NCBI GenBank assembly: GCA_002498985.1
Contig: DAJO01000042.1
Span: 1 to 62,787 of the forward strand
Length of the DNA stretch: 62,787 nucleotides
Direction of reading: 5' to 3'
DNA from: Euryarchaeota archaeon UBA257
GTDB lineage: Archaea; Thermoplasmatota; Poseidoniia; Poseidoniales; Thalassarchaeaceae
Below the pieces are notes generated by a model that made no database searches, was not told the origin of the DNA, and worked only from the letters and a program-made list of their open reading frames with translations. Positions 18,231 to 28,602 of this stretch are shown piece after piece. The stretch's first letter is position 1, and the number at the start of each line of letters is the position of its first letter. The translations under genes and the position numbers were made by a program.

Positions 18231-20695
18231 TTGGAGGTATTTCGTTGTCTAATTTACTGAATAAACGATTGGCCCGTAGTCTTTGGCGTACAAAAATTCG
18301 TCTTGTAGCCGTTGTATTGATGGTGTTTGTTGGTGTTTTTGCAGGAATCACCTTTGGTGGTTATGCGCATAATCTTGGCGGTATGTATGATACAATGCAA
18401 GCTGATGATGATGGAGGTGCTAATCTTGCAGATATCTGGATCGATAATCGCAGTGCGATGTGGACACCTGAACAAGTCAGTGCTTTCTGTGACTCGTTAT
18501 ATTCAAATTGGGAATCAAATACTACAACCCCATTTTCTTTAGATTCATGTGAGGGTCGAACCGTTACTCAGGGAGCGATGTTCTATAGTAATGCTGATGG
18601 CGAACGTATAATCAATTCTCTCTGGCACGGAATTCCTGCCGATGCTAATGCAGACCGCGTTTGGATGCCCGAGGGTAATTCAGAAGGTCGGACAGCAGTT
18701 GCAGCAGATGAAATTGTCATAGACGCTCACGTCACTGATGCTCTCAACCTCAGTCTTGGAGATGTTGTCAGTATAGGAGCAGGAAATGTAACTGCAGATT
18801 TTACTCTCGTAGGAATTGGTTATCATCCATTGCATGTTCTTATGGCTCCTGAAGGCTCATTATTTCCAACTGAACCTGGTGAATACGTTGTAGGCTACCT
18901 TTCCGACACTGGAATGGCTAGACTTACAGGTAGTACGATAGGTACCAGTAATACGATTATTTTGGATGTCGAAGGTACACCTTCGTATGACTTGCCAGAT
19001 ACTCAAGATTATGAAGGTACAGAAATTGATATAGTGAAGGAACTTGTTACAACATCACTCAGCATTAACGAACTGGATGCACGAGTTAGAGATAGAGGGC
19101 AAAATGAACCGATAGAAATCATGCGACAAGATTTGGCTGGCGCCGAGAGAACAACAGTTCCTTTCACCGTGATGATTGCTTCAATTGCAGCCATTACCGT
19201 TGTTTTGAGTCTGCAACGTTTGGTACAAAGTCAATCCAGAGAAATCGCTGTACTACGTACTCTCGGAGTCGAACGTTCATCACTTATGATTGGTTATCTT
19301 GTTGCTCCTTTGGCCATTGGAGGAGTAGGATGTACTTTGGGCGCACTGGCAGGACCTTGGGGGATGAATGGAATGTTAGATTTCTATCAAGATCTTGTTG
19401 GTTTACCAATTGTTGAGAGAACGGTTCCACTATCAATTTATTTTTCAGTCATTTTTTCAACTATGTTAGTTGTATTTCTATCAGGAGTATTCCCTGCATG
19501 GAAAGCGAGTCGCCTTGACCCACTAGAAGTATTAAGTGGTCAAAGTGAAATGCGTGTAGGTTCTAACAAACTCCGTAAACTTACTTCATGGATGCCAACA
19601 ACACTTGGGCTTTCAATTCGATCAAGTGTCCGTAAACCTATCCGACTGACAATGACGTTTGTAGCAGTCGGTATTTCTCTGATGCTCTTTGGTTCGATTC
19701 AAATGATGGGTGCTGGACTGGAAGAAACTTTTGTTGGTGGACTTGAAGATGATCAGACTTGGGATGCTCAAGTATACATTATGTCCGATGCCGAGGGCCC
19801 TGTTTTAGATTGGGCAGAAAATAACTCGGCTAATTACGAAATTATAATCGAAATGCCACTTGGATTAGTTACTGATTCTGAAAAAATTGACCGGATTTTT
19901 AATGTTGTAGGTCTAGATAATTTTCAAAGTGGAATGCGGCCGGTCTCAGTAATTGAGGGGGGTCTTCCAAATACCAATGGAGTATTACCTGAAGTGATAA
20001 TGGATGAAGGTAGTATGGGATTTCTTGGATGGAGTGTCGGAGAAAAACAAACTGTAAGCATTAATGGCATACAACAGGATGTTGAAATTGTTGGAATATC
20101 CAGTTCTGAGCTGGCCAGAACCATGTATTTTCTTCGTGGAGATTTGAGTGAGATTACAGGTGTTAATGCAACCTCAATTTATCTTCAACTACCTGAAGGA
20201 GTAGAGGTTAATTCAGACTTAGGTGAATTTTCTACTGGTATCGTAGAACGACAAAACCTTCTCGCTGGCATCAATAGTTTGCTTGATCAACAAACCCAAA
20301 TTTTCCAGAGTATGATGTATCTTGGTCTATTGTTTACAATAGTTGTAATGTTTAATACGATGATTATGAATGTTGCAGAACGTGATTTTGAACTGGCAAC
20401 ATTACGAGTATTAGGGGCTTCTACAAGTAGCCTTGGTCTGATGCTTCTGTTTGAAAGTCTTCTAATTGGTATCATCGGGGGAATTGTTGGTGTTTTGTTT
20501 GCCTATGGTGGAGCAGTAGGCTTAGCTGCATCATTTTCATCCTGGCAATTTATAGTGCCTGTTTCTATTATTCCGAGCGTAGCTTGGCAGTTGATGGTAG
20601 GAGTGATTCTTATCGCAGTAGCAATGACTCCATTTGGAGTTTGGAGATTAAGGCGTATGGATTTGGTGGAGAAAGTAAAAGACCTATCTCAATGA
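18227..20695 (+). CDS. FtsX/MacB-family ABC permease with two FtsX domains
   Basis: REIAVLRTLG and ERDFELATLRVLGA; PAWKASRLDPLEVL; two large extracytoplasmic loops. Confidence 0.9.
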   Translation: MIGGISLSNLLNKRLARSLWRTKIRLVAVVLMVFVGVFAGITFGGYAHNLGGMYDTMQADDDGGANLADIWIDNRSAMWTPEQVSAFCDSLYSNWESNTTTPFSLDSCEGRTVTQGAMFYSNADGERIINSLWHGIPADANADRVWMPEGNSEGRTAVAADEIVIDAHVTDALNLSLGDVVSIGAGNVTADFTLVGIGYHPLHVLMAPEGSLFPTEPGEYVVGYLSDTGMARLTGSTIGTSNTIILDVEGTPSYDLPDTQDYEGTEIDIVKELVTTSLSINELDARVRDRGQNEPIEIMRQDLAGAERTTVPFTVMIASIAAITVVLSLQRLVQSQSREIAVLRTLGVERSSLMIGYLVAPLAIGGVGCTLGALAGPWGMNGMLDFYQDLVGLPIVERTVPLSIYFSVIFSTMLVVFLSGVFPAWKASRLDPLEVLSGQSEMRVGSNKLRKLTSWMPTTLGLSIRSSVRKPIRLTMTFVAVGISLMLFGSIQMMGAGLEETFVGGLEDDQTWDAQVYIMSDAEGPVLDWAENNSANYEIIIEMPLGLVTDSEKIDRIFNVVGLDNFQSGMRPVSVIEGGLPNTNGVLPEVIMDEGSMGFLGWSVGEKQTVSINGIQQDVEIVGISSSELARTMYFLRGDLSEITGVNATSIYLQLPEGVEVNSDLGEFSTGIVERQNLLAGINSLLDQQTQIFQSMMYLGLLFTIVVMFNTMIMNVAERDFELATLRVLGASTSSLGLMLLFESLLIGIIGGIVGVLFAYGGAVGLAASFSSWQFIVPVSIIPSVAWQLMVGVILIAVAMTPFGVWRLRRMDLVEKVKDLSQ

Positions 20696-20705
20696 GGAGT
20701 ATATC

Positions 20706-21485
20706 ATGAGAATTGTGACTTGGAATCTAAATGGCATTAGAGCGGCACATCGTAAGGGGCTTGATGATTTTATCAATAAAATAGATAGTGATGTTTGGTT
20801 ATTCCAAGAAGTTAGAGCTTTACCTGAACAGATGCCAAAAGATTGGCAACCAATAGGTGGACATGAAATTATTTGGCATCCCGCTGAGAAAAAAGGATAC
20901 TCAGGTGTCTCAACTTGGTCAAGAATAGGCATCTCCGAAGAAGGTCGTGGCATATCTACAAATGTTGATATCAATGACTCGGAGGGACGTGTTCTTCATA
21001 CAAAACATGGAAATCTTCATTGTATCAATATTTATCTTCCAAACGGTGGAGCGAATATTGAGAGACAAAAATTTAAAGATCAATGGTTAGAAGACTTACT
21101 TACCTGGTCTAAGAAATTTATTGGTTTAGATGAACCAGTATTACTTTGTGGTGATCTAAATATTGCTCATACAGAGAATGATATTTGGAATCCCTCAGGT
21201 AATAAAAATACTTCAGGGTTCTTAATTCATGAAAGAGAATGGTTCACACGTTTTCTTTCAATCGGTTGGTATGATCTTTTGAGGATTGATTCGGGTGATA
21301 TCAAAGGACCATATTCTTGGTGGTCTAATAGAGGTCAAGCAAGAGCTCTGAACAGAGGATGGAGGATAGATTATGCTCTTGCTAACGATGCTGCTTTCGA
21401 AATTTTCCAGTCCGCAAAGATATTGAGGGAAGGTGGCCTTACTGTTTCTGACCATGCTCCTTTGATAATAGATTTAGACATTTAA
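20706..21485 (+). CDS. xth: Exodeoxyribonuclease III / AP endonuclease
   Basis: TWNLNGIRA, QEVR, YLPNG, GDLNIAH, GWRIDY, SDHAP. Confidence 0.95.
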   Translation: MRIVTWNLNGIRAAHRKGLDDFINKIDSDVWLFQEVRALPEQMPKDWQPIGGHEIIWHPAEKKGYSGVSTWSRIGISEEGRGISTNVDINDSEGRVLHTKHGNLHCINIYLPNGGANIERQKFKDQWLEDLLTWSKKFIGLDEPVLLCGDLNIAHTENDIWNPSGNKNTSGFLIHEREWFTRFLSIGWYDLLRIDSGDIKGPYSWWSNRGQARALNRGWRIDYALANDAAFEIFQSAKILREGGLTVSDHAPLIIDLDI

Positions 21486-21559
21486 TATCATTTTTTTCAA
21501 ATTCTTGTCTTTTTTTTTAATACGATACCTTTCAAGAGTAAGACGGCAGGCGATGAATC

Positions 21560-22357
21560 ATGGGAGAAGGCCTAGTAGATCGTCTCGCCAAGATTTTGCC
21601 CAATGGTCGAGGGGTCTGGATACCTATGGATCATGGAATCTCAGCGTATCCTGAAAAGGGTCTCGATAATATGGATCAGGTAGTTTCTTCTTGTATTTCT
21701 GGTGGTGCTGATGCAATTGTCTTGCAAAAAGGTGCTTTGAGTCACTTTGTAGAAACTACTGGTTGGAGTAATTTTGTTTGCCATGTTTCCGTGTCTACTG
21801 TAAACGCCGGAGAAAAAAATCAATACAAAGTTAGAGTGGCTAACGCTGAAGAGTGTCTAATTAGAGGGGCCAGCGCTGTCTCAGCACAGATTAATCTAGG
21901 AGATAGTTTTGAACTTGAAATGATAGAAGAAATGGGTAAATTGACCGGTGAGGCATTACCATTAGGTCTACCTACATTAGGTATGATTTATCCTAGAGGC
22001 CCTATGTTAAAAATCAGTGAAGGAGATATCACCAAGGGTGTTGCTCATGCTGCAAGAGTAGCATGGGAATTAGGTTGTGACGTTGTCAAAGTGCCTTGGA
22101 CCGGAGATGTAGAGTCTTTCAAATTAGTATGCCAAGCAGTTCCTATTCCTGTTCTAATTTCTGGAGGCCCCAGAAATATTTCGTTTATTGAGTTACTCCA
22201 TATTGTTGAATTAGCTATCTCCGCAGGTGGTTCCGGTGTTTGTATAGGAAGACAAATTTTTGGTGCTAATGATCCGGAATCCTGTGTCAAAGCGTTGAGA
22301 GCAATAGTACATGATAATTCTACATCCACTGAGGCTTCAAAGTTGCTTGATAGGTGA
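21560..22357 (+). CDS. 2-amino-3,7-dideoxy-D-threo-hept-6-ulosonate synthase (AroA', DhnA-type class I aldolase)
   Basis: PMDHG, YPRG, HAARVAWELGCDVVK, GRQIF; adjacent to DHQ synthase II. Confidence 0.85.
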   Translation: MGEGLVDRLAKILPNGRGVWIPMDHGISAYPEKGLDNMDQVVSSCISGGADAIVLQKGALSHFVETTGWSNFVCHVSVSTVNAGEKNQYKVRVANAEECLIRGASAVSAQINLGDSFELEMIEEMGKLTGEALPLGLPTLGMIYPRGPMLKISEGDITKGVAHAARVAWELGCDVVKVPWTGDVESFKLVCQAVPIPVLISGGPRNISFIELLHIVELAISAGGSGVCIGRQIFGANDPESCVKALRAIVHDNSTSTEASKLLDR

Positions 22358-22361
22358 TATT

Positions 22362-23300
22362 GTGGAACTTTGGCAAGATTCTCATTCTGAATCTACTCCT
22401 GAATTATGTTCAAGAATATGGTTAGGTAGTGCCTCAGATGTCGCCGAAGTTAATCTCGATGATGCTCATTCCCAGGAAGAAGCAATTTCTTTGATTGGTA
22501 TGATACCTTGGATTCTAGTTAGGTGTTCAGATTGGACAATGATTCCTCTAGAGAATCTAGTTTCAATCTCTAAAGGAAGTGGGACAAAAATTTCTGTAGC
22601 AATTGATAAAATAATTGATTTAAATGGTGCAGCATTCGCTCTTGAACATGGTGTTGATGCTATACTTCTTCCCGCAAATAATGGTGAATTATGGGAAGCT
22701 GCTATAGCAATAGCTTCGAAAAAAGACTCTTTTAACAAAAACTCTTCAACTTCCATTGAGATAGATAATGCAATAATATTTTCAATAGATTCTAGTGGAG
22801 TAGGTGAAAGAGTTTGTATTGATCTTATTGAAAGATTAGAAATTGGAGAAGGCATGGTCATCGGTTCAAATGCATCATTACTAGCTCTGGTACATGGAGA
22901 GACAATTGAATCTCATTTTGTTCCAACCAGACCGTTTAGAGTTAATGCCGGTTCTATCCATTCTTATGTATTGATGTCTGATAACTCAACCAAGTATCTT
23001 TCTGAGCTTGTAGCAGGAGATGAGGTTGCAGTTATCTCCTCATCGGGTAATCTAAGAAAATGTATTATTGGAAGATTAAAAATTGAACGCCGTCCGTTCC
23101 TAATTATCAGATTTAAAACAAAAAATGAGGATTTTGGTCAAATAATCTTACAACAGGCAGAAACTGTCAGATTAATAGATAAGCATGGTAAAGCTTTGTC
23201 AGTTACAGATTTAAAAATTAATGATGAAATAATGATTAGACACCAAAATCAAATGAGACATATTGGAAATGCGCTTGAAGGAGAGATGAATGAAAAATGA
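22362..23300 (+). CDS. 3-dehydroquinate synthase II (AroB')
   Basis: DWTMIPLENL, GERVCIDL, RPFRVNAG, GRLKIERRP, QQAETVRL, RHIG; GTG start after GGTGA. Confidence 0.92.
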   Translation: MELWQDSHSESTPELCSRIWLGSASDVAEVNLDDAHSQEEAISLIGMIPWILVRCSDWTMIPLENLVSISKGSGTKISVAIDKIIDLNGAAFALEHGVDAILLPANNGELWEAAIAIASKKDSFNKNSSTSIEIDNAIIFSIDSSGVGERVCIDLIERLEIGEGMVIGSNASLLALVHGETIESHFVPTRPFRVNAGSIHSYVLMSDNSTKYLSELVAGDEVAVISSSGNLRKCIIGRLKIERRPFLIIRFKTKNEDFGQIILQQAETVRLIDKHGKALSVTDLKINDEIMIRHQNQMRHIGNALEGEMNEK

Positions 23301-24148
23301 TTATTCTAGCCGAAGCCGAATCCAATGCTGCAATTTCAATATTGCATGCTGTAGGTTTAGATAAAGGGTGTTCTATAGGGATAAACCTCAAGGCTAATGT
23401 GAAATTAGTCTCAGAACCTCAGAAGATAGATGATGATTTTCATGAATTATTTCAGTCTATTGAGATGGTTTGGAAAGAAAATGGTTTCCCTCTACCTGAA
23501 AAATACGGTTGGCAAGTTTCTTCAGAAATCCCAATAGGTCAAGGCCTAAAATCAAGTTCTGCAATTTCTTGTGCAGCAATTAAAGCATTAAATCAAGCTA
23601 CTTGGACGGGTCTTAATGATTCTGAGATAGTTAATCTCGCAGTTTCTTCACAGCGTAAATGTGGCTGTACGATTACTGGCAGTTTAGATGATACTTGGGC
23701 TTCCATATCAAGCGGATGGAAATTAGTTGACCCAAATAAATCTGCACAAGAATCTATCCTATTAGAAGGTAATATTGAAGAAGAAATCATCATATTTCTA
23801 ATATTAAGAGGTAGAAGGACAAAGGAAATAAAAATCAGTAATTTCAAAGAACAATCAAGATTTTTTGAACGAGCTTTAGATTCACTATCAAATGATTCTA
23901 TATTCCAAGCAATTTCTACCAATGGTATGGCTGTAGCTGCTGCTACAGAAGATGATGAAGCGGTCCGAATATGCAATAAATTGATTGCTAGCGGGGCTAT
24001 TGCTGCAGGAATTACTGGCTCAGGACCTGCAATTTCAGTCATTAGTTTTGTTCAAGATTCAGGAATAATACGTCAATTACTCAACGATTTAAAATATGAT
24101 ATAGTTGAAACAAATTTTTTCAATAACAATATTTTGGAGTTGATTTGA
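23297..24148 (+). CDS. aroK: Archaeal shikimate kinase (GHMP family)
   Basis: SEIPIGQGLKSSSA, TITGSLDD, GITGSGPA; operon context. Confidence 0.9.
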   Translation: MIILAEAESNAAISILHAVGLDKGCSIGINLKANVKLVSEPQKIDDDFHELFQSIEMVWKENGFPLPEKYGWQVSSEIPIGQGLKSSSAISCAAIKALNQATWTGLNDSEIVNLAVSSQRKCGCTITGSLDDTWASISSGWKLVDPNKSAQESILLEGNIEEEIIIFLILRGRRTKEIKISNFKEQSRFFERALDSLSNDSIFQAISTNGMAVAAATEDDEAVRICNKLIASGAIAAGITGSGPAISVISFVQDSGIIRQLLNDLKYDIVETNFFNNNILELI

Positions 24149-25245
24149 TGAGTATGAGAATGGGAGATCGTTTGCGTGTCACACTATTTGGAGAAAGTCA
24201 TGGAAAGTGTGTGGGTGCGTTATTAGAAGGTCTCCCTGCAGGGACTGAAATCGATAATGACGCTCTATTAGATTTCATAAATAGGAGAAAACCCGGACGT
24301 AAAGGTCTCTCCACAAGAGCAGAAATTGATGATTGTGAAATTATGTCCGGTGTACATGAAGGTTTAGCTACAGGTTGGCCTATACTTTTGTTAACCTATA
24401 ATTCAGATGTTCGTTCAAAAGATTATTCATTTTTACCAGATCATCCTCGCCCTGGACACGCAGATATGGTTGAACATATCCGCTCAGAAGGTGCTAGTGA
24501 TTTACGAGGTGGCGGTTCGCAGTCTGCAAGGCTTACTTTTGGGCTTGTTGCAGCAGGAAGCCAAGCACGGAGTCTGTTAGATTCTGTTGGCTGGTCTTGT
24601 ACTGCTCATCTATCAAGTGTAGGAGATATATCTGCTAAACCATTATTTAATTTAGATAGAAAATCTCCTTTGAAAGAAGGGACTGATATGTCAAGGTTGA
24701 ATTGCAGGGATCCAGAATCAGTCACTAAGATGTCTGATTTTCTTCATAAAATAAGAAAAGATCTTGATTCAATTGGATCTACAGTTGAATTATTGATTGA
24801 AGGACTTCCAATCGGAGTCGGTGAACCATGGTTCGATGGTATTGAACCGGCTTTGGCTAGGGGATTGATGGCTATTCCAGGTGCTAGAGCAATTGAGTTC
24901 TCACATGGTTTCTCTACTTCAAAAATGCGAGGCTCAGAAAACAATGATGCTTGGTTTTTAGAAAATGGCAAACCAATCCTTGAGGGTTCAGACTCAGGGG
25001 ATGCTGATGGCGCGTTGGGTGGTCGCTCAACAAGCTCTGCTGTCAGAGTTGTAGTTCATTTCAAACCACCTAGTAGCCTTGCAAGAGAACAATCAACTTT
25101 GCACCTACCTAGTGGTGGAAAAAAACCGCTTAAGGTTCATGGAAGACACGACCCTGTACTTGGACCTCGTGCAGTACCAGTAGTTGAAGCTGTGGCTATA
25201 CTGGTAATCTCCGATTTAGGAATCATCGGTGGCTACTTTGGATAA
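24148..25245 (+). CDS. aroC: Chorismate synthase
   Basis: FGESHG, PRPGHAD, RGGG..SAR, FKPPSS, GRHDP. Confidence 0.96.
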   Translation: MSMRMGDRLRVTLFGESHGKCVGALLEGLPAGTEIDNDALLDFINRRKPGRKGLSTRAEIDDCEIMSGVHEGLATGWPILLLTYNSDVRSKDYSFLPDHPRPGHADMVEHIRSEGASDLRGGGSQSARLTFGLVAAGSQARSLLDSVGWSCTAHLSSVGDISAKPLFNLDRKSPLKEGTDMSRLNCRDPESVTKMSDFLHKIRKDLDSIGSTVELLIEGLPIGVGEPWFDGIEPALARGLMAIPGARAIEFSHGFSTSKMRGSENNDAWFLENGKPILEGSDSGDADGALGGRSTSSAVRVVVHFKPPSSLAREQSTLHLPSGGKKPLKVHGRHDPVLGPRAVPVVEAVAILVISDLGIIGGYFG

Positions 25246-26169
25246 TTATTTTCCACTGTTTTCTCTCATTTGAGCAATTCTGACAGGTAAGTTAACTGCA
25301 AAAGCCGAAGCTACAATCATAAATACAACAGCTGTTCCAAGTGCAACTCCGTAAACAGATGTTAATTCAACACTTTCAGCCAATCTTGTTGCAGTAGCAT
25401 CACTCCCTAATAATCCAACAATTGTTGGTATAATTAGGTTAATCATTAGAGTTAGTAAGGCCACTAATCCGGCAATTAATGGTGTAATCATTAGAGACCT
25501 GTAATATTGTCTTGTTATTTTTTTAACATTCATAACATATACTTCACCAGTTCTAATAGATTTATCAAGCATTGAGAATCTAATTATTCCACTGGTTAAT
25601 TCAATATACATTACTAAGAAAAGAGCATATGATATTAACAATAATTTTTGAGATATTTCACCATCAGGAAGTAAGTCGATTCCAAATTCTACTTTGCTTC
25701 CGGCAAATCTAATTGTTACTAATATAAGCACTACATACGAAATTAAAATTGCACGTTGTTCTCTTTGAAATATTCCATACATACCTCCAATGAAACCTAT
25801 AGCTATCAAAGATAGATGAATTAATGCTCCAATTCCTGGTTGATTAATCGCATTGCTCAGCCAAAACCAAGCTGTTCCAGAAACTGGAGTCACTGTAAAT
25901 GTTACAATTGAAAGTAAAGTTAGCATAATTGCAGCAGACATCTGTAATGTCTGAACAACTCTGTCAGGGGGTAAGAATTTAGTTTTCGTAACAATTGGCC
26001 CACCGAAAAATGACTCTATTACTGATGGTACATGTACTTCTGGAATTGCATCTTTTGGAATTTCAGTACTACCTTTCATTCTTCCAGCAGCTTTCTTTCG
26101 ACTTGGAGCCGATGACCTTACAGTTTTTCCATCATAAAGATGAGAAGTATCTGATTTTTGTTCAACCAT
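25246..26169 (-). CDS. Polytopic membrane protein in the MoxR operon
   Basis: About 7 TM helices; ATG 26169 follows GAGGTGA. Confidence 0.65.
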   Translation of the reverse strand: MVEQKSDTSHLYDGKTVRSSAPSRKKAAGRMKGSTEIPKDAIPEVHVPSVIESFFGGPIVTKTKFLPPDRVVQTLQMSAAIMLTLLSIVTFTVTPVSGTAWFWLSNAINQPGIGALIHLSLIAIGFIGGMYGIFQREQRAILISYVVLILVTIRFAGSKVEFGIDLLPDGEISQKLLLISYALFLVMYIELTSGIIRFSMLDKSIRTGEVYVMNVKKITRQYYRSLMITPLIAGLVALLTLMINLIIPTIVGLLGSDATATRLAESVELTSVYGVALGTAVVFMIVASAFAVNLPVRIAQMRENSGK

Positions 26170-26180
26170 CAAATCACCTC

Positions 26181-27500
26181 TCAGAATCCTCTCGCCCCAG
26201 AAAGTGCAGTATTCAATAGCATATCTGGCTCCCAATCCATTACATTAGCACCCAATCCTCTGAGTTCGCTCATTAGAATATCTCTTTCAGTTTTCAGTAA
26301 TTCATAACCAGTTCTATCTAATCTTCTTGCATCGAACTCAAACTCTAAACTACTTGGAGAAAGTATTGTGACATCGAAGTTTCTAGATCTTAAATCTCTG
26401 ACTGCATCAATAATTGTGGGATCATCTTCTAAAGGACTCAATATGATAATAGGGCTCCCTCTGTTAATATGTGGTAGAATTCTGTTCGTTACAACTTTTA
26501 GAGGCGTATTCCCTTTCGCCATAGCGCCTGCTAATTTAGTTAGTATAACGTACAACTGTTTTTTCCCAGTGTCTCTATCAACAGAAACAATCTCATCACC
26601 ATAAACTACAACTCCGACTGAATCTCTTCTTGAAAGGAAATATTGTGCTAAACTCGCAGCGGCTCTAGTACTATAAACAAGAGAATTTCTGCTCACAGGC
26701 CCTGTTTCAGATACTGATCTACTATCAACTAACAAGATTATGTCACTAACGGCATCTCTTTCAAATTCATTAACCATTAATTTCCCACCAGATCTCGCAG
26801 TAGCTTTCCAGTTAACTTTCTTCATAGCATCTCCAGGAACATATTCTCTAAGATTATAGAAATTTGATCCTTCTCCCGGATTTCTAATATTTACAGCGCC
26901 GGTGAAAATCTTTGGGACCCGACTCTTGATTAATGCGTCCTTTATGTCTTCCATTTTTGGAAAAACTAAGAAATCGTCATAAAGATGTATTTCTCTTTCA
27001 TTATGGAACAGGCCAAATGTATCTTGAATACGAATACATACAGGTCCTATGGTATAGAAACCTCTTAGGGGAGCTTCAATTGTATATGCAATTTCAGTTT
27101 CTCTTTGAGGTCCTAATTCCATAAGAACATAGTTTGCTCCTTTTTTAATCCTCATAACTTCAGGAACTCGATCTCTAACTTCCAGAACTTTGGAGAGGTT
27201 AGATTTATTCTGGATTCTGATAGATACATCGATCTCTCCATCTTCAAATACACGTGCAGAGGATAGTTTTCTTAATGCAACAAGATTTTGTAATGCTATT
27301 CCTCCTGTGGCATTTTCATCCTCCAATCTCCTGCCTGATGATGATACATCTGCATTGGTAGTTCTGAATGCGGCCCAAGTCAAGAATGATAGAAGTACTA
27401 CTGCCACGGTAACTAACTGTTGATTTCTCAAAACCAAACCTAGGAGGTATAGAGCGATTGCTAGCGAAGCAAACATCGCCGATTTTCTACTCCATGCCAC
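26181..27500 (-). CDS. DUF58 (vWA-like) protein
   Basis: FYNLREYVPGDAMKKVNWKATAR, VNEFE, LVDSR, RRDSVG; GTG start after GGAGG. Confidence 0.9.
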   Translation of the reverse strand: MAWSRKSAMFASLAIALYLLGLVLRNQQLVTVAVVLLSFLTWAAFRTTNADVSSSGRRLEDENATGGIALQNLVALRKLSSARVFEDGEIDVSIRIQNKSNLSKVLEVRDRVPEVMRIKKGANYVLMELGPQRETEIAYTIEAPLRGFYTIGPVCIRIQDTFGLFHNEREIHLYDDFLVFPKMEDIKDALIKSRVPKIFTGAVNIRNPGEGSNFYNLREYVPGDAMKKVNWKATARSGGKLMVNEFERDAVSDIILLVDSRSVSETGPVSRNSLVYSTRAAASLAQYFLSRRDSVGVVVYGDEIVSVDRDTGKKQLYVILTKLAGAMAKGNTPLKVVTNRILPHINRGSPIIILSPLEDDPTIIDAVRDLRSRNFDVTILSPSSLEFEFDARRLDRTGYELLKTERDILMSELRGLGANVMDWEPDMLLNTALSGARGF

Positions 27501-27529
27501 AAGCAAACCTCCTATTGTCAGTATCTCAA

Positions 27530-28585
27530 TCAAACAGTTGGAACTGGAACTTGTCTAAGAATATCTGAAACTACTTGATCAGTTTCTAAGCCCTTAATTT
27601 GATGTTCAGGTTTCAGAATCAGTCTGTGCGATACAGCCAAAGTGGCTACTGCTTTCACGTCATCAGGAGTAACAAAGTCACGTCCCCTCATTGCTGCTGC
27701 AGCACGGCTTGTTTTCAGTAATGCCTGTGAACCTCTAGGGGAAGATCCAACCAACACCCGTGGGTCTTCTCTAGTTCTTGAAACAATTTCAACCATGTAC
27801 ATTCTTACTGCTGGGTCAACATATACGTCCTCAATCGCTTGTTGCATTGCAACAACTCTTGCAGGATCTGTAATTACGTCAACTTCTACTGCGTCCTTCT
27901 TTCTCTCAATACGCCTTCTTAGAATCTCGTCTTCATCTGCTCTGTCAGGATAACCTACAGACATCTTAAACATGAAACGATCTAACTGAGCTTCAGGAAG
28001 TGGATATGTTCCCTCTTGCTCAACTGGGTTTTGTGTAGCCATTGTAAGGAACGGAGAAGGTAATTTGTGTGTAATTACACCAATAGTTACCTGCTTTTCC
28101 TGCATGGCTTCAAGTAATGCCGCTTGTGTCTTTGGAGGTGCCCTATTTATCTCGTCAGATAGTAGAAGGTTACAGAAAATAGGTCCTGGTTTGAAACTAA
28201 ATTCTCCTTTCTTTGCATCATAGATATTGGTTCCTGTAATATCTGCTGGTAGCAAATCTGGTGTAAACTGTACACGCTTGAAATCACATCCAAGCGCATC
28301 AGCGAAGGTGTTGGTCATCAGTGTCTTTGCAAGTCCTGGATAATCTTCGAATAGAAGATTACCGTTTGACAAGATATTTACCATAACATTGTCAATTACA
28401 TGGCTCTTTCCGATAATTACCTTCTGAACCTCTAGGCTAATCGCTTCTGCAATAGCTCCTACAGCTTCGAGTTTTTCACTCATCTTCTTCGATCCACGAA
28501 CGCTTTCGGCTTTCTTTGCATAACCCTGGCTAACCGCGTCTGCTTGCGGTGCTGCTGGTTTTTCTGCTGGTGGTGTTGCATTCAT
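27530..28585 (-). CDS. moxR: MoxR-family AAA+ ATPase
   Basis: PGLAKT, RVQFTPDLLPADITG, DEINRAPPKTQAALLEAMQE, EGTYPLPEAQLDRF. Confidence 0.96.
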   Translation of the reverse strand: MNATPPAEKPAAPQADAVSQGYAKKAESVRGSKKMSEKLEAVGAIAEAISLEVQKVIIGKSHVIDNVMVNILSNGNLLFEDYPGLAKTLMTNTFADALGCDFKRVQFTPDLLPADITGTNIYDAKKGEFSFKPGPIFCNLLLSDEINRAPPKTQAALLEAMQEKQVTIGVITHKLPSPFLTMATQNPVEQEGTYPLPEAQLDRFMFKMSVGYPDRADEDEILRRRIERKKDAVEVDVITDPARVVAMQQAIEDVYVDPAVRMYMVEIVSRTREDPRVLVGSSPRGSQALLKTSRAAAAMRGRDFVTPDDVKAVATLAVSHRLILKPEHQIKGLETDQVVSDILRQVPVPTV

Positions 28586-28602
28586 TTTATTCTCTCCAAT
28601 TT

